Assembly: GCA_951406725.2 (NCBI GenBank)
Contig: OX597817.1
Coordinates: 32,922,001 to 32,986,000, forward strand
DNA: 64,000 nucleotides
Direction of reading: 5' to 3'
Origin: Octopus vulgaris
Lineage: Eukaryota
In this document: in pieces, positions 38,575-52,072 of the stretch
Numbering within the stretch: position 1 is the first letter of the stretch
Layout of the letters: each line of letters begins with the position of its first letter
Translations under genes and position numbers: made by a program
Notes under the pieces: generated by a model
The model's input: only the letters and a program-made list of their open reading frames with translations
What the model was told of the DNA's origin: nothing
Databases searched by the model: none

Positions 38575-39225
38575 TGCAGTGGATTGGCCGAATTGTTAGC
38601 ATGCTGAGCAAAATGCTTGGTTGTATTAAGGCGGTGAGCTGGCAGAAACGTTAGCACGCCGGGCGAAATGCTTAGCAGTATTTCATCTGCCGCTGTGTTC
38701 TGAGTTCAAATTCTGCCAAGGTCGACTTTGCCTATCATCCTTTCGGGGTCAATTAAATAAGTACCAGTTACGCACTGGGGTTGATATAATCGACTTAATC
38801 CGTTTGTCTGTTCTTGTTTGTCTTCTCTGTGTTTAGCCCCTTGTGGGTAGTAAAGAAATAGGTATTTCGTTTGCCGCTACGTTCTGAGTTCAGATTTCGC
38901 CAAGGTCAACTTTGCCTTTCATCCTTTCGGGGTCAATTAAATAAGTACCAGTTATGCACTGGGGTCGATATAATCGACTTAATCCGTTTGTCTGTCCTTG
39001 TTTAGCCCCTTGTGGGTAGTAAAGAAATAGGTATCATTTTTTCTGGCATTGTGTTCCAAGTTCAATTTCCCAAGGGGAATGAAAGGCAAAGCTTTCATAC
39101 TATAGGCAATTTTGCTTTTCTTCCCTCAGGGGTCTACAAAATAGAGTACTAGTCAAATATTGGGGCTGATGTAATCGATTGGCCCCTTCCTCCAAATTGT
39201 TGGCATTGCACCTCAATTAGAATCA
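38575..39225 (+). mobile_element. Nested/tandem family B cluster
   Basis: Old 5' part, full young copy 38628-38862, partial copy to 39033, then old 3' part. Confidence 0.85.
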
Positions 39226-40203
39226 CTTAATTCTAATTATAATTGATGTAGCTTGTTTATTTACATGGAATATCTCCCATCTCAGTTCCAGGAAAAATAA
39301 CTGAAGGTGATTAACACAATTATTTCTCTTTGTCAAGATTGCTTCTGGACCTCATAACATCAGATATTTATTTATTTTGTCGAAATATTTGTCATTTATT
39401 AGTAGTTATATATCTATACTCAAGGCTGTGTCCCAGCATAGCTGCAGTCCAATAACTGAAACGAGTAAAAGATAAAAAGATACTGGTAAACTAATTCTGT
39501 TGTTTTTTTCTCTGTTTCCTGCTGTATGCAGACGAGATAAGAACTGTGGCTGTATTATATATTGTCAGACAAAATGGTTTAAACCCAAGTTATAAAATAT
39601 GTCATGCTTTGCTATATGAGGATTAAAATACCAATAAATGGATTCCCCTATCCCAGTGGCTGTGATATTTTATATTTTTCAGATGTAAATTCTAAATTTT
39701 GTTTCCTATTGACACAACAGCTGAGAGAGAGAGGAGGGGGAGAGGAAGAAGGGTTGAACATTCAACACATTTTTTTGTAGGTCAATAAAGTTATTTGAAA
39801 GTAATTTCACATAAGCTCACTATAACATGCATATACTATTTTTTTTGTTGGGTGTCTATTTTATGTGAAGTGTTCTGGATAATGAAATAAAAGCATGGCA
39901 TCTTTTCTTTTCCATTTTTGTTTTGCAAAGTTTTAGTTGAATTTAACATTTTAGCCATTCATAGATTGGAGTAAAATGCAAAATCAAGTTTGTGTTTATA
40001 TAAGAGAGAATATACTTTTATTAAAACTTATGCTATTTCTAGAGTGCTTTTATCTTCATTTGGTTTGACAGATGTTTGAAGATGACTTGTAACTTTAGGT
40101 GCTGATCTGTCCTTATTTTTATACAAGACTTCAAGAAAGATATGCAAGTGTTATTTTTCTTTTTTTTTTCTGATCCTAATTCTCTTTTCTCAATAGCATG
40201 TCA

Positions 40204-40733
40204 TCTATATATATAAAACTGTAGTTGTGTGAGTGTCTGTCCCCTTCGATTTAGATTCCTAACTACTCCCACATTTTGCGGTGCAGTTTAACCAAATTCG
40301 GGTATCTTATAGTCGTAATTCATATCGAGCCCGTCTGGCTATTAGCATGCGTCTACGATGAGTCTACGATTTTAAAAATAATTTAACATAATTTTTTATT
40401 CCATTTTAATGCATAATTTTTCGTGTGTCGATGGCGGCGGAGTTGGCGTCCACGGTCACACCTGCACCTGTTTGCTTCTCCCTCTTCTTCCCTCCCTTGT
40501 GAAGCTGTGGGGAAGGGAGTGTAAGGAAATCAACGTCGTAAAGCGTTGTCAAGGAGACCAGCGTTCTTTTAGAACAACGACTTCATGGCTTGAAGACACT
40601 GAGTCAACGATTTAAAAAAAATTATCATCATTTTTTATTCCATTTTTAATGCATTTTTTTGCTATAACTCTCTAAAAATGCTTATATAGTTATTTCCCTT
40701 ACAAATCTGAGCAACGCCGGGCGATACTGCTAG
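40204..40733 (+). mobile_element. Non-autonomous Helitron, long variant
   Basis: A|TCTATATATATAAAA start, GAGCAACGCCGGG hairpin region, CTAG|T end; homologous to 5810-6213. Confidence 0.88.
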
Positions 40734-40860
40734 TATTTTATAATATTTTAGATTTCAAATTTAAATTTTGCTAGAGGTTGCTTTTTATTTCTCTCAGGTC
40801 AATAAAATAAAATTAAAATCCTACTGAGGCCAACTTTGCCTTTCACCCGTCCGGGGTTAT

Positions 40861-41094
40861 TCTTTTACTCTTTTACTTGTTTCAGTCATTTGACTGTGGC
40901 CATGCTGGAGCACCACCTTTAGTCGAGCAAATTGACTCCAGGACTTATTCTTTGTAAGCCTAGTACTTATTCTATCCATCTCTTTTGCCGAACCGCTAAG
41001 TTATAGGGATGTAAACACACTAGCATCGGTTGTCAAGCAATATTGGGGGGACAAACACAGACACACAAATATATACACACACACACATACACAC

Positions 41095-41143
<49 letters not shown>

Positions 41144-41309
41144 TACGACAGGCATCTTTCAGTTTCCGTCTACCACATCCACTCACAAGGCTTTGGTTGG
41201 CCCAAGGCTATAGTAGAAGGCACCTGCCCAAGGTGCCACGCAGTGGGACTGAACTTGGAACCACGTGGTTCGTATGCAAGCTACTTACCACACAGCCACT
41301 CCTACGCCT
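40861..41309 (-). mobile_element. Family A SINE, full length
   Basis: Close reverse complement of 4192-4616 and 47722-48130. Confidence 0.9.
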
Positions 41310-41439
41310 ATGGGGCTTGTTAACATCAAATAAAAGTACTGGGATTAATAGTATCAGCTTAACTCCTCCCCTGAATTCTAGGCCTTTTGCCTTAAACAGG
41401 AAAACCATCATCATCATCATCATCATCAATATTGTTATT

Positions 41440-42398
41440 GAAGGCAGCAAGCTGACAGAATTGTTTCCATATTAGACAAAAGGCTTAATGACATTTTTTC
41501 CAACTCTTTTTGTTCCGAGTTAAAATTCTTCCACGGTCAACTTTGCCTTTCATTCTTTCGGGGTCGAAAAAACTAAGCACCAGTTAAGCACTGGGGTCGA
41601 TATAATTGACTTATCCCTTCCCTGAAATTGCTGGCCTTGTGCCAAAATTTGAAATCATTATTATTATTATTATTATTGGCTCTTTACATTCTGAGTTCAA
41701 ATCCTGATGAGGTCAACATTGCCTTTCCTCCCTTTGCAGTTGATAAAATAAAGTAACAGTTAAGCACTAGTGTGGTGGTGGTGGTAGTAAATGTAATTAA
41801 CTTACCCCTCCCCCGAAATTGCTGGCCTTGTATCAAAATTTTAAATCATTATCATTATTGCTATTATTTTTCTATTAAATTCAAAATGCTGCTCAGACAA
41901 AATGCTTAGTGGCATTTTACGCCTTACTGGCACGTGAAAAAGCATTCGAGCGAGGTTGTTGCCAGTGCCACTGGACTGGCCCCTGTGCAGGTGGCACGTA
42001 AAAAACACCATTTGAGTGTGGCCGTTGTTAGTACCACCTGACTGGCCCTCGTGCCAATGGAACGTAAAAGCACCCACTACACTCTCGGTGTGGTTGGCAT
42101 TAGGAAGGGCATCCAGCTGTAGAAACTCGGCCAGATCAGATTGGAGCCTGGTGCAGCCATCTGGTTCGCCAGTCCTCAGTCAAATCGTCCAACCCATGCT
42201 AGCATGGAAAGCGGGCGTTAAACGATGACCATGATAATGATTTACATTATGAATTCATATTCCACCAAAGTTGACTTTGCTACCTTTCATCCTTTTAGGG
42301 GGTCAGTAAAATAAGAACCCATTAAGTACTGGGGTGGATGTGATTGACTCTCCACCCTCAAAAACTGCTGGCTCTGTGCCAAAATTTGTAACCATTAT
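41440..42398 (+). mobile_element. Tandem old family B SINEs, the last interrupted by family C
   Basis: Three CTTTGC..TT cores with AAATTGCTGGCCTTGT-like tails. Confidence 0.75.
41926..42240 (+). mobile_element. Family C retroposon
   Basis: Three GGCACGT/AACGTAAAAG units and conserved tail. Confidence 0.88.
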
Positions 42399-43854
42399 AA
42401 CATCATTTTAAATGAAGTTACTGACATCAGTAAAGAAAGCCATGAAACGACTAGTCACTGTATGAATGTATGGTAGAAACCTAGGAATTATTTGTTAACC
42501 AGTTAGTATTTCTGCTGAATAAGCTTTCTGTAAAGATTCTGAGTGAGAATTGACAATGATGGCTATTAACATAAGATGATAAAGATGTAAATTTTTAGTT
42601 ATTTAAAACAAGAGAAATACATTATTTCTTAAGATATATGTTTAATAATTTTTCATAATCAGTCAGTTTCAAAAGTAAAATGAATTTTATTGCAAGAAAA
42701 TTTATTTATTAACGTATCAGTTTCTTCCAGTTCAAATGTTGCTGTTAATACAAAGTATTAACTTTCTTTTTTTTTTTTATAAACTGTCTTAGTCGAGATA
42801 GATATTTACAGAACTAAAATATATTCTATTTCCCACCTCTTTTAAATTATATGAAATTAAATTGATTTACATAAGAAAAAGTTAATAGAAATTGAGAATT
42901 TTTGTGGACTCTCTTCAGAAATCATTTTTATGCATGGTTAATTATTTCACTAAAATGGAAATTTTAAAGAAATTGAAATTCCTCTCTCTTTCTTTCTCCC
43001 ACCCCTCTTTTATCTCTCTCTTTCTACAGACACACACACATGAAAAAGAATCTAGAATCTAGTTTTGAGAATATTTATACAATCTCTTGTGTAATGTTGC
43101 TTTTAGCAAGTGTTTTATAATCTTTGGCTATATGGTGATATGATGGCAAGCTAGACTATTTATTCATGTGCTATTTAAGCGTTTCAATTAATTTCAGATT
43201 ACCAGTATGGATAAAATTACTAGTTACTACAGTATGTGTTTTAAATGGAATAAAAAAAAAAGAAAGAAAAAAAAGAAAAGAAGAAAAAAAAAAAAGAAAA
43301 ATGTCTGATGTTTTGACTTTGAGAGTTACTTTAAATCTTTTGAGTCAGCTAATCTGTATGCATAAACATATTCGGATCAGAGTAAACGCAGAATAACAGA
43401 TACAATATCAACCTTAATTTAATACTGATTATTTCTGCTGATTGAAAAGGGTGTCTGTAGTTATGATGTTCACTTCTCAACCACATGGTTCTTGGTTCAA
43501 GTCCTACTGTGGCATGTTGGCCAAGTGTCTCCTACTATAGTCGTGGGCTCACTAAAGCCTTGTAAGTGGAGTCGGTCAATAGAGACTGAAAGATCATCAT
43601 ATTCGTATGTATGTGTTTGTGTGTCCCCTGTCCGTCCCCATTTGCACACACACACACACACACACAGATCATCATCATCACCACTACCACCCTGTCTTCC
43701 TTGCTGGTGTGGGTTGGAGAGTTCAGTGGGAGCTGGCAGGTCAGAAGATTATGCCAAACCATGTCGGCTTTGGCTTGGTTTCTGCACCTGGACACTGTTC
43801 CTAATACCACCTATTTTTTACAGAGTACATCTGTGTGTGAGTGAGTTTGCAATT

Positions 43855-44226
43855 CCTTTGTCTTCACATATTGAAGCCCAGACATCTGGCAACTAACTTG
43901 GTAGACATCTACAAGATTATCCACAATCTTTCCAATAAAAACCATGAGCACCTTTTTGAATTCCATATGACAAACACTCACGGACATACATTTAAAATCA
44001 AAATATAAGACAGCATCCATGACTTTCGTAAACATTTTTTCACGCTGAGAATTGCTGAAGCATGGAATAAACTACCTGCATCAGTTGTTAGCTGTCGAGA
44101 CACTACATCCTTCAAAATTTCCATGATTCTTGAAATTCGCCAACAGTGCACCCAATGGCCTTTTTTTTTGTTTTTAGTTGTAGTGCACCTGAGCACTGTA
44201 TGCAACGCTTTCATTATTATTATATT
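43855..44226 (+). mobile_element. CR1-clade LINE 3' end, decayed
   Basis: LVDIYKIIHN..TNTHGHTFKI..HDFRKHFFTLRIAEAWNKLPASVVSC; same family as 36797-37169; shared GTGCACCTGAGCACTGTAT end. Confidence 0.88.
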
Positions 44227-44532
44227 ATATATACTCACGGTTGTTTACTGATAGCCCACCCTGAAAGCATAACCAAGTTCATTCCTATGGTGTCAGTTGT
44301 TTCCAGTTCTTTATGTAAACATGTTTGTTGCTTATTATTATGACTTCATTTACAAACAAGTGGTGGTTGGCAACAAGAAGGGCATCAAGCCATAGAAAAT
44401 TGAACTCACTTACTCACACACACACACTCTCTCTCCTCCTCCTCTCTCTGTCAGGAATGATCACCATTGTCATTGTTGTAGCTTGATGTCCATTTTTCCA
44501 TGCTAGTATGAGTTAAATTTGTTGTGCAGCAT

Positions 44533-44768
44533 ATTTATTTCTTTATTGCCCATAGGGGGCGAAACATAGAGGGGACAAACAAGGACAGACAAAGGGATTA
44601 AGTCAATTACATCAACACAGTACATAACTGATACTTATTTAATCGACCCCGAAAGGATGAAAGGCAAAGTCGACCTCGGCGGAATTTGAACTCAGAACGT
44701 AACGGCAGCCGAAATACCGCTAAGCATTTCGCCCGACGTGCTAATGATTCTGCTAGCTCGCCGCCCTA
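44533..44768 (-). mobile_element. Family B SINE, full length
   Basis: 13-bp TSD TGTTGTGCAGCAT at 44520-44532 and 44769-44781. Confidence 0.92.
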
Positions 44769-45650
44769 TGTTGTGCAGCATGTTACCACTTATCATCCTT
44801 GGTTGTTTCATCCTAGAGGCCCGCATGCCAAGTTACCTCATCATGCTCTAAATTTTAGATCTGTTCAAATATCTATGAACAAAAAATTTCAAAGAGAATT
44901 TAAAGTAGTGAAAATTGTCATGAGGTTCTTTACTAAAGTCCCAAACCTCTACATGGTTGCCTGACCCGCTAGAAATAGCAACTAAATATTTCTCATATCA
45001 ATATCTACCATTGTAGAAAAGTATACATTCAATAATGTAAACCTTGATAAACTGTGTCAGAGAAAGCTGTCCTGGGGCTAAGCAACAACAACAAAAACAA
45101 GTGCATTAATCAACTCTAGCTCTGGACAACTTTCAAGACTGTCAGAATACTGTAGGAAAACACAGGTGTTGGCATCAGGTCATTTCAGTGTGACAGCTGG
45201 CAGTGGTGGATGACAAGTTTGGTATTGCATTATATATGGAAGGTTACACTAGTCAGGGCATTTCTATGAGGTACTCAGGAATACGAGACTATTTAACATG
45301 GCACACTAGTTAGTGATACCTTTTCAGATACTTTTGTTGTTTAGCTTTCTACTAAATTAAATACGAGGGTAATTAATTCAACATCCCATTGAAAATTTTA
45401 ACATGAACAGCTAAGGCCTGTAATTCCATAACAGAACAATTATGGATGACAGAGGGACAGATTAGTTTCTTTCTTGCATTAGACTTCCTTATTTCTTTTA
45501 GAATGAATATAAACAATGTTAGTACAGTTTGTGTGATATGGTGCATTTCAGAACTGGCCGAGCATTGCAGTCCTTGGTGGAAAGTGATTTTGGTTTCAGC
45601 TGAATTCTGCAGATTAGGAATGTAATACAAATTTTGGTAAATGCCATGCA

Positions 45651-45880
45651 TTAACCCTTTCGTTATTGTATTTATTTTGAGATGCTCTGTGTTTCTTTCA
45701 ATCAATTTTGAATATAACAAAGAATTTAATAAAATAACTTAGTTATCATTAAGCTAGTGTTAGGAACATAAATTGTGACTAAGATTTGGTAGAAGATTTT
45801 AATTCTAAACTTGCGAAAACAAGACATTTGTACTACAGAGCCAGAGCCGGTTTCAGCCGGGTTGGTCTCAAAAGGGTTAA
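45651..45880 (-). mobile_element. MITE family P1
   Basis: TTAACCCTTTCG...AAAAGGGTTAA. Confidence 0.9.
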
Positions 45881-45985
45881 GCACTAGTAATCTACATTAT
45901 ATTGACTTTGTAGATCATGAAGAATTTGTGAATTGGGATGAACTTCTTAATTGAAAAGTAATGTAGTCCACACGTGAATATTGGC

Positions 45986-46307
45986 TAGGTGCAAGCATGG
46001 TTTTAGGTTGTCCCTTCTGTGTGGCTCCTCGGGAAAGTGTCTTCTACTATAGCTCTGGGTCAACCGATGCCTAGTGAGTGAATTTGATAGAAACTGAGTG
46101 GAAGCCCATTGTTTGTGTGTGTGTGTGTGTCTTCATCTACTGTTTGACAACTGGTGCTGGGTTGTTTACATCCCCATAACTTAACAGTTCGTAAAAAGAG
46201 ATTGAGAGTATAAATACTAGTAACAAAGAAAGAAAGTACTGGAATAGATTTTTTTTCAGCTGAGCCCTTCATGGCCACAGTCCAATGACTGAAACAAGTA
46301 AAAGATA
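45986..46307 (+). mobile_element. Family A SINE, degenerate
   Basis: AAGTGTCTTCTACTATAGC core, GACTGAAACAAGTAAAAGA tail. Confidence 0.8.
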
Positions 46308-47721
46308 ACGATTAAAAGATAGTACAGCAAGCCACAAATTTACCTCGTTTCTCTTCCTCCTCACCGTTTCTCAGCTCTTCCTGTAAGCTCTTCTCCCAGT
46401 AATGCCAACATTGTCATTCAGTTAGTTATAGCTGTTGTCGCTTTGGTTTCAGTTTTAATCTGAATATGCACATTGCTTATTGTATCCACTTGACCATTAT
46501 TTGGTGTTAATGTTTTACAATATCAAGACTGAATTATTGTCTGATGTCTTTTAATAAGCTTGAGATTTATGTTTAACCACTCAGAAGAATATATATGTTT
46601 GGAATGGTAAATTCAATTCCTGAAATCTATAAGTGGATAACTTCCTGTCAGTTTAAAGAACTGAATGAATGAATCTATAGTTTATAACTGTGAACCATAT
46701 TTATCAATAACGAGTCGGAACTAAACTTCCTTTCATATTTCTCTCTTTCTCTCAGGAATGGTTTTCTGACAAATATATCCAATTTTTGAATGCTTATTGA
46801 GTTGTAGTTACAGCTAAGACGAAACAGTAAGACTAACTGCAGTTAGTAATTTGTAATCTTGATGTGATTAAAGAACAATACTTTATTCAGAAGCCTATTT
46901 TCTGGTGAGGGTGGTGTGAGTGTGGGAGGACTTAAACAAATGTCAGTAGTGGTTTCTTAATTAGTCAAGACAATGAAAAAACCTAACCACATTTCCAACT
47001 AGTATTTGAACTTGGTTATTTTTTCTGTCATTGCTAATTAGTAAGGTGGAGTTGAAGTGCCAGAAATTAACCTACTTTGTCATTAACTGAGATTTTGGTT
47101 TCTCAACATAAGGTTAGCCCCAACATAAGGTCACTGAAAGGTTATATCTTCATCTTGTCTTCCATGTGATTGTTCATTGTGAAATGGGTTTGGCATTTGC
47201 CTATCTTCTCCTCTATCCTGTTTTAATATCAAAAACTGTAAATGTTTTCAAAATATTTAACTGATTGTGTGGGATATTCAAAGATCTTGCTAATGCACCA
47301 GTAATAAATGTTCAAATGTATATATATTTATTGTTTTTGTTATAAGGAGTGAACTGTAGCAGCCAACGCTTGTTAAGAAATGAAAGGTCATTGTTTTTCA
47401 TTTGTCTTAAAGAGTTTTTGTTTCCTATTTGTGTGATAGTTTCTTTGTAAATTAGCTGTTCATACTTTTGTCAGGATGGTGAATATTTCAATAAACATGC
47501 CCTGATATATTACTCAAATGCTTCAGATTTAGCCTAAACAATTCACTTGTTTAATGCCAGCATATTACTTGAGAGGTGGGTGTATGGATTAGAGCCATTA
47601 AAAAAAAAAAAAAAGTTCGCAGCAGCTTTCTTCTGTCATTGTCTCATTTCTATTTGTAATGTAGGAATTAGTATAGCCTTCAGGATTTCTATAAAATATT
47701 AATGTAATAAAACCACCATGG

Positions 47722-48130
47722 TGTAGGAGTGGCTGTGTGGTAAGTAGCTCACTTAGGAACCACATGGTTCCGGGTTCAGTCCCACTGTGTGGCATCTTGG
47801 GCAAGTGTCTTCTACAATTGCCTCAGGCCGACCAAAGCCTTGTGAGTGGATTTGGTAGACGGAAACTGAAAGAAGCCCATCGTGTATATATGTATATATT
47901 TATATATATGTGTGTATGTATATGTTTGTGTGTCTGTGTTTGTCCCCTCAGCATCACTTGATAACCGATGCTGGTGTGTTTACGGCCCCATCACTTAGCA
48001 GTTCGGCAAGAGAGACTGATAGAAAGAGTACTAGGCTTACAAAGAATAAGTCCTGGGGTCGATTTGCTCGACTAAAAGGCGGTGCTCCAGCATGGCCACA
48101 GTCAAATGACTGAAACAAGTAAAAGAGTAA
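47722..48130 (+). mobile_element. Family A SINE, full length
   Basis: High similarity to 4192-4616. Confidence 0.9.
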
Positions 48131-48225
48131 TGGAAATAATTTATATGCAGAACATGCACACATTTCTGCAATTTGTATGTGTGAGATTAGCTGGAAAAAA
48201 CATCCATAGCTATGATTTTTGTTTC

Positions 48226-48227
<2 letters not shown>

Positions 48228-48259
<32 letters not shown>

Positions 48260-48672
48260 TTATGTTTGACTTTTGCTTTACACTTGTACAAGTTGGCTCC
48301 AAGTCTCACCCAGAGACCTCAAGAGACAACAAGTTGGAAGTTCATGTTGGTGTTATGCCTAGGGTGCCATATATTTGGTTTTGTACATAGTGTTGTTCCA
48401 GAGAATGTTTAAGAAACCATAAGAAAATTATGTTTGTTTTTTAAAACTTGAGATTAAATAGAAAGTATTTTGCGCAGGATATAGGCAGTTCCCATGAGTA
48501 CTATCTTTTGAATTTCTGCCGTTTTGGGGTTTCCTGGTATCTGAACTAGGTAGCAATCAGCCCCTTTTGCTATCATTCCCAGGGCACCTATGACAACAGG
48601 TATTGTTTTAGTCTTCAGGTTCCACATTTTGCTAATTTCTATTTCAAGATCTTTATATTTGCTCAGTTTTTG
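48228..48672 (-). mobile_element. Dong/R4-clade LINE 3' end with (TAA)n tail, open reading frame
   Basis: 48672-48454: QKLSKYKDLEIEISKMWNLKTKTIPVVIGALGMIAKGADCYLVQIPGNPKTAEIQKIVLMGTAYILRKILSI*. Confidence 0.92.
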
Positions 48673-49529
48673 GTATTAATATTATTATCATTAATAATAA
48701 TAACAATAATAATAATAATAATAATGATATTAATAATAATAATAATAATAATAATTGAGTACAAAATGCATTATGCATACTTTGTATTTCAAAACTATTT
48801 TTTTACACGCAGCTTAAGTCAGGTCAGAGAACTGATTCAGTAGAAATTGTGGCCTAGAAATATTTTACCTCAAGATTACATTCTTTTTGAAAGAGAAATT
48901 TATAATCTTTCACACTGAATTTGTACTCTACACAATTTCAAATAATCATATTATACTACCTCCTTTGATATGCAGAATTCTTTTGGTTAGCATCACTGCT
49001 CTCTCCAAAATAATAAACAACTTTCAGAGATGCCCTTTGGCGTCATCTGGCGCCAGCAGCAATGAATAAGAAGATCCACAGAAGCTAATAGATAAAGGAA
49101 TATTTGTTTCACTTTCTAATGAATGCTGTTATTGTCCTACAGACAAGAGTATCTTCACAGACTCTGCTGGAGATGTCTTGTTATTGACAATAATCTTATA
49201 TCTTAGTATCTGACCATGATCTGTTTTACTCTTATTTATTTTACTTTTCATTTTATATTTATCCAGTGGGGTCTAAATCCAGAACATAGAGGGTTACCTA
49301 ATTATTTCACAGAACTCATTTCATTTTTCTTAGAAGTTGATTTTCTGCATGTTTTAGATTAATTATTATTTATTACTCAAGGTTAAGGCATGAAGAGTAA
49401 ACCATAATAAATCTGATCTTTAATATACATTTTATATATTCATTTTACTGTAAATAGGACTTGAAGTGAACTTCAAACTATTTATGACTGTTACTAAATT
49501 TTCTACAGCCACCTTCACATCCCATGACT

Positions 49530-49758
49530 ACCATTGGGATCGATCAGGTACCGGACAAAGATTCTGGATTATTTTTCTGTTTTTTTTTTTTTTACTTAAT
49601 CGTTGAGAGCAGTCGGGTTCATTTTTAGTATTCTCGTTTGTGAGAGCAGTTGAGTTTATTTCAGATATTCTCATTTTAAAAATCATCTCTGGCTAATTGT
49701 TAGGAGGACGTTGGTGTTGCCTTGGCAGAGGTTTGTGCTCTCTAGGTGCTCTTGTTGT
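49530..49758 (+). mobile_element. Probable Helentron-associated (HINE/DINE-like) element 3' part
   Basis: Ends CCTTGGCAGAGGTTTGTGCTCTCTAGGTGCTCTTGTT; internal GAGAGCAGT repeat; family call from memory. Confidence 0.45.
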
Positions 49759-49930
49759 TTGTTATATAGTTCAGATCGAGATAAACAGTGAAGACTGCTC
49801 ATTTAAGCATGACAGTGCTTAGAAATTTTCTGTCTTTTAATCTTGGGATATGAATAATTGTTTAATATTTCATTTTATTTTCATTAAGCCATCTCTTTAA
49901 CCATATTGCAGATGCTTACAGAAAGATGGT

Positions 49931-49991
<61 letters not shown>

Positions 49992-50244
49992 TGTGCTAGT
50001 GGCACGTAAAAAGCACCATCTGAATGTGGCCGATACCAACGCCGCCCTGACTGGCTTCTGTGCCGGTGGCACGTAAAAAGCACCCACTACACTCACGGAG
50101 TGGTTGGCATTAGGAAGGGCATCCAGCTGTAGAAACACTGCCAGATCAGACTGGAGCCTGGTGCAGGCTCCTGGCTTCCCAGACCCCGGTTGAACCATCC
50201 AACCGATGCTAGCATGGAAAACGGACGTTAAACGATGATGATGA

Positions 50245-50247
<3 letters not shown>
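49992..50247 (+). mobile_element. Family C retroposon within a (TA)n tract
   Basis: Two internal units; long (TA)n on both sides. Confidence 0.88.
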
Positions 50248-50301
<54 letters not shown>

Positions 50302-51742
50302 ATATATATCATTAAGTTCAGATCAAATTAAACAGTGAAGCCTGTTAATTGAGCATGACAATATTGACAGATTTTTCTGTCTTGCAATTTCAGGACAAAG
50401 ATAATTTATGAAATATTTACTTTTGTATTTACATTAAGCTATTTTTCTGTAACCATATTATATTTACTGAATATATTAGTAGTTGCTACTATTATCACAA
50501 CAAGTACTTCAACTGCTACTACATTCACTGCCACCACTACTGTTTAATACTTGATCTGTCAAGTTACCTGCAATGGAATGTGTAAGCTTAGTTTTGCCCA
50601 TCCCCTGTGATGCAAACTAAAATTAATCTCACTCCTCTGGGATTATCTCTTTTGTTATGTATGTGTATATATATATGTACAGATATGTAGACAGTTTTCA
50701 TTCCTTTATATATTCTTTTTTGTTATTTTCCTATTACTTTTGACTTTGAAAATGGGATGTATTTGTGAAAAACAAGAGGTTGAGAGGCTTTATTTATATA
50801 TTTTGTGTATGTTCGAAACATATAAAGGCACAAATGCTGTGAAGTTCAGTAGCTGGGTTCCCCCAAGAGACCACAATTGACTACAGTTATTTTGTTGCAC
50901 ACCTTTATATATGTTACCTTAATTGGCTTCTCCTACTCTGTCCAGCTGAAAACAAAGTGTGAATCCTAGTTCATTCATTATGGTGGTGTCCTGTTAGAAA
51001 AGTGAGCATCTGGCTGTAGAAAAGAACTGCCCTAAATATTAAAATTTAAATTTGTTGAACCATAGAAAAACCAAATAAAAAATGTAAAGAAAATAGTTTT
51101 TTTTTAATATTCTGAAACGAGTTGTGTGGGAATCTAATTATCCTAGTTTGTCTGTGTGTCCAAGTTGTTGAATTCCTGTATTTAATTAGCACATGGGAAT
51201 GATTTGGCTGACATATGCATCTATTAGTATCACAGTCACTCTTCAGTCTAATATTCTCTCAACTGAGCTAATTGTGGAGCCACTATGTGGTTACTTGGTT
51301 TTGTTAGAAATAACAGCCAAATTCCCTCATCATAAGTGTTACTCATTGAGCAGTGATGTAACGATTGGGGAGATAAATTGTCATGTTTAATTGAATTGAG
51401 ATGTTCTAAACATTCCAAACTTGTCCAATACTATGGCAAAGAAAAAATAATGAGATGGACACAAATTCTGTGCCTCTTCTCATTAATAAAGAATGTGCTC
51501 ATTAGTGGTGATATTATAAGTAATCATATTTATCTACCCTACCATCTAAAAAAAAGGGATGGACATATTAGACAATATATTCTTAGATATGCAAACAAAA
51601 CCGGATAACTCTGGTTGAAATGCTTTTGATCAGCAGTCTGTTCAACTACAGTTGATCTAGGGTCAAACAACCACAGTCCCTCTAGGTATGTGCCAAGGTG
51701 ACATAGTGCCAGGTTAGTTTGTTTGTAATGGTGTTCATGTAT

Positions 51743-51967
51743 TTAACACTTTAGCATTTAAACCGGATATGTCCAGCCAAAATATTCTTCCTGTTCTATA
51801 TTCAAACCAGCCAGGTACGGCCTCTCACACATATCTTACAATGTCCTTCTAAAACTAAGCTATCAATCATGAAAATCTCAAAGCTACAAGATAATACATG
51901 AGTAATTAAAAACACTGTGAATAAATAAATATTACGTTTGACAATAACCTGAAAGCTTAAGGGTTAA
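51743..51967 (-). mobile_element. MITE family P2, uninterrupted
   Basis: TTAACACTTTAGCATTTAAACC...TAAGGGTTAA. Confidence 0.82.
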
Positions 51968-52072
51968 AAGCAATGGTGTTTTATAGTTTGGTTGTGATCA
52001 ATATTGATTTCTTTATTTGGCATGGAATTTTTTTTATTTTTGTGAGACATTGTGTTTTGCACTATCAAAAAT

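Noticed and set aside
46756-46826. Exon bounded by ctctcAG and GTAAGA
   Set aside because: No coding support; such signals are common by chance in 64 kb
49021-49090. GC-rich patch as exon or CTCF site (GCGTCATCTGGCGC)
   Set aside because: All three frames after the possible acceptor stop within about 20 codons; the motif match is imperfect and isolated
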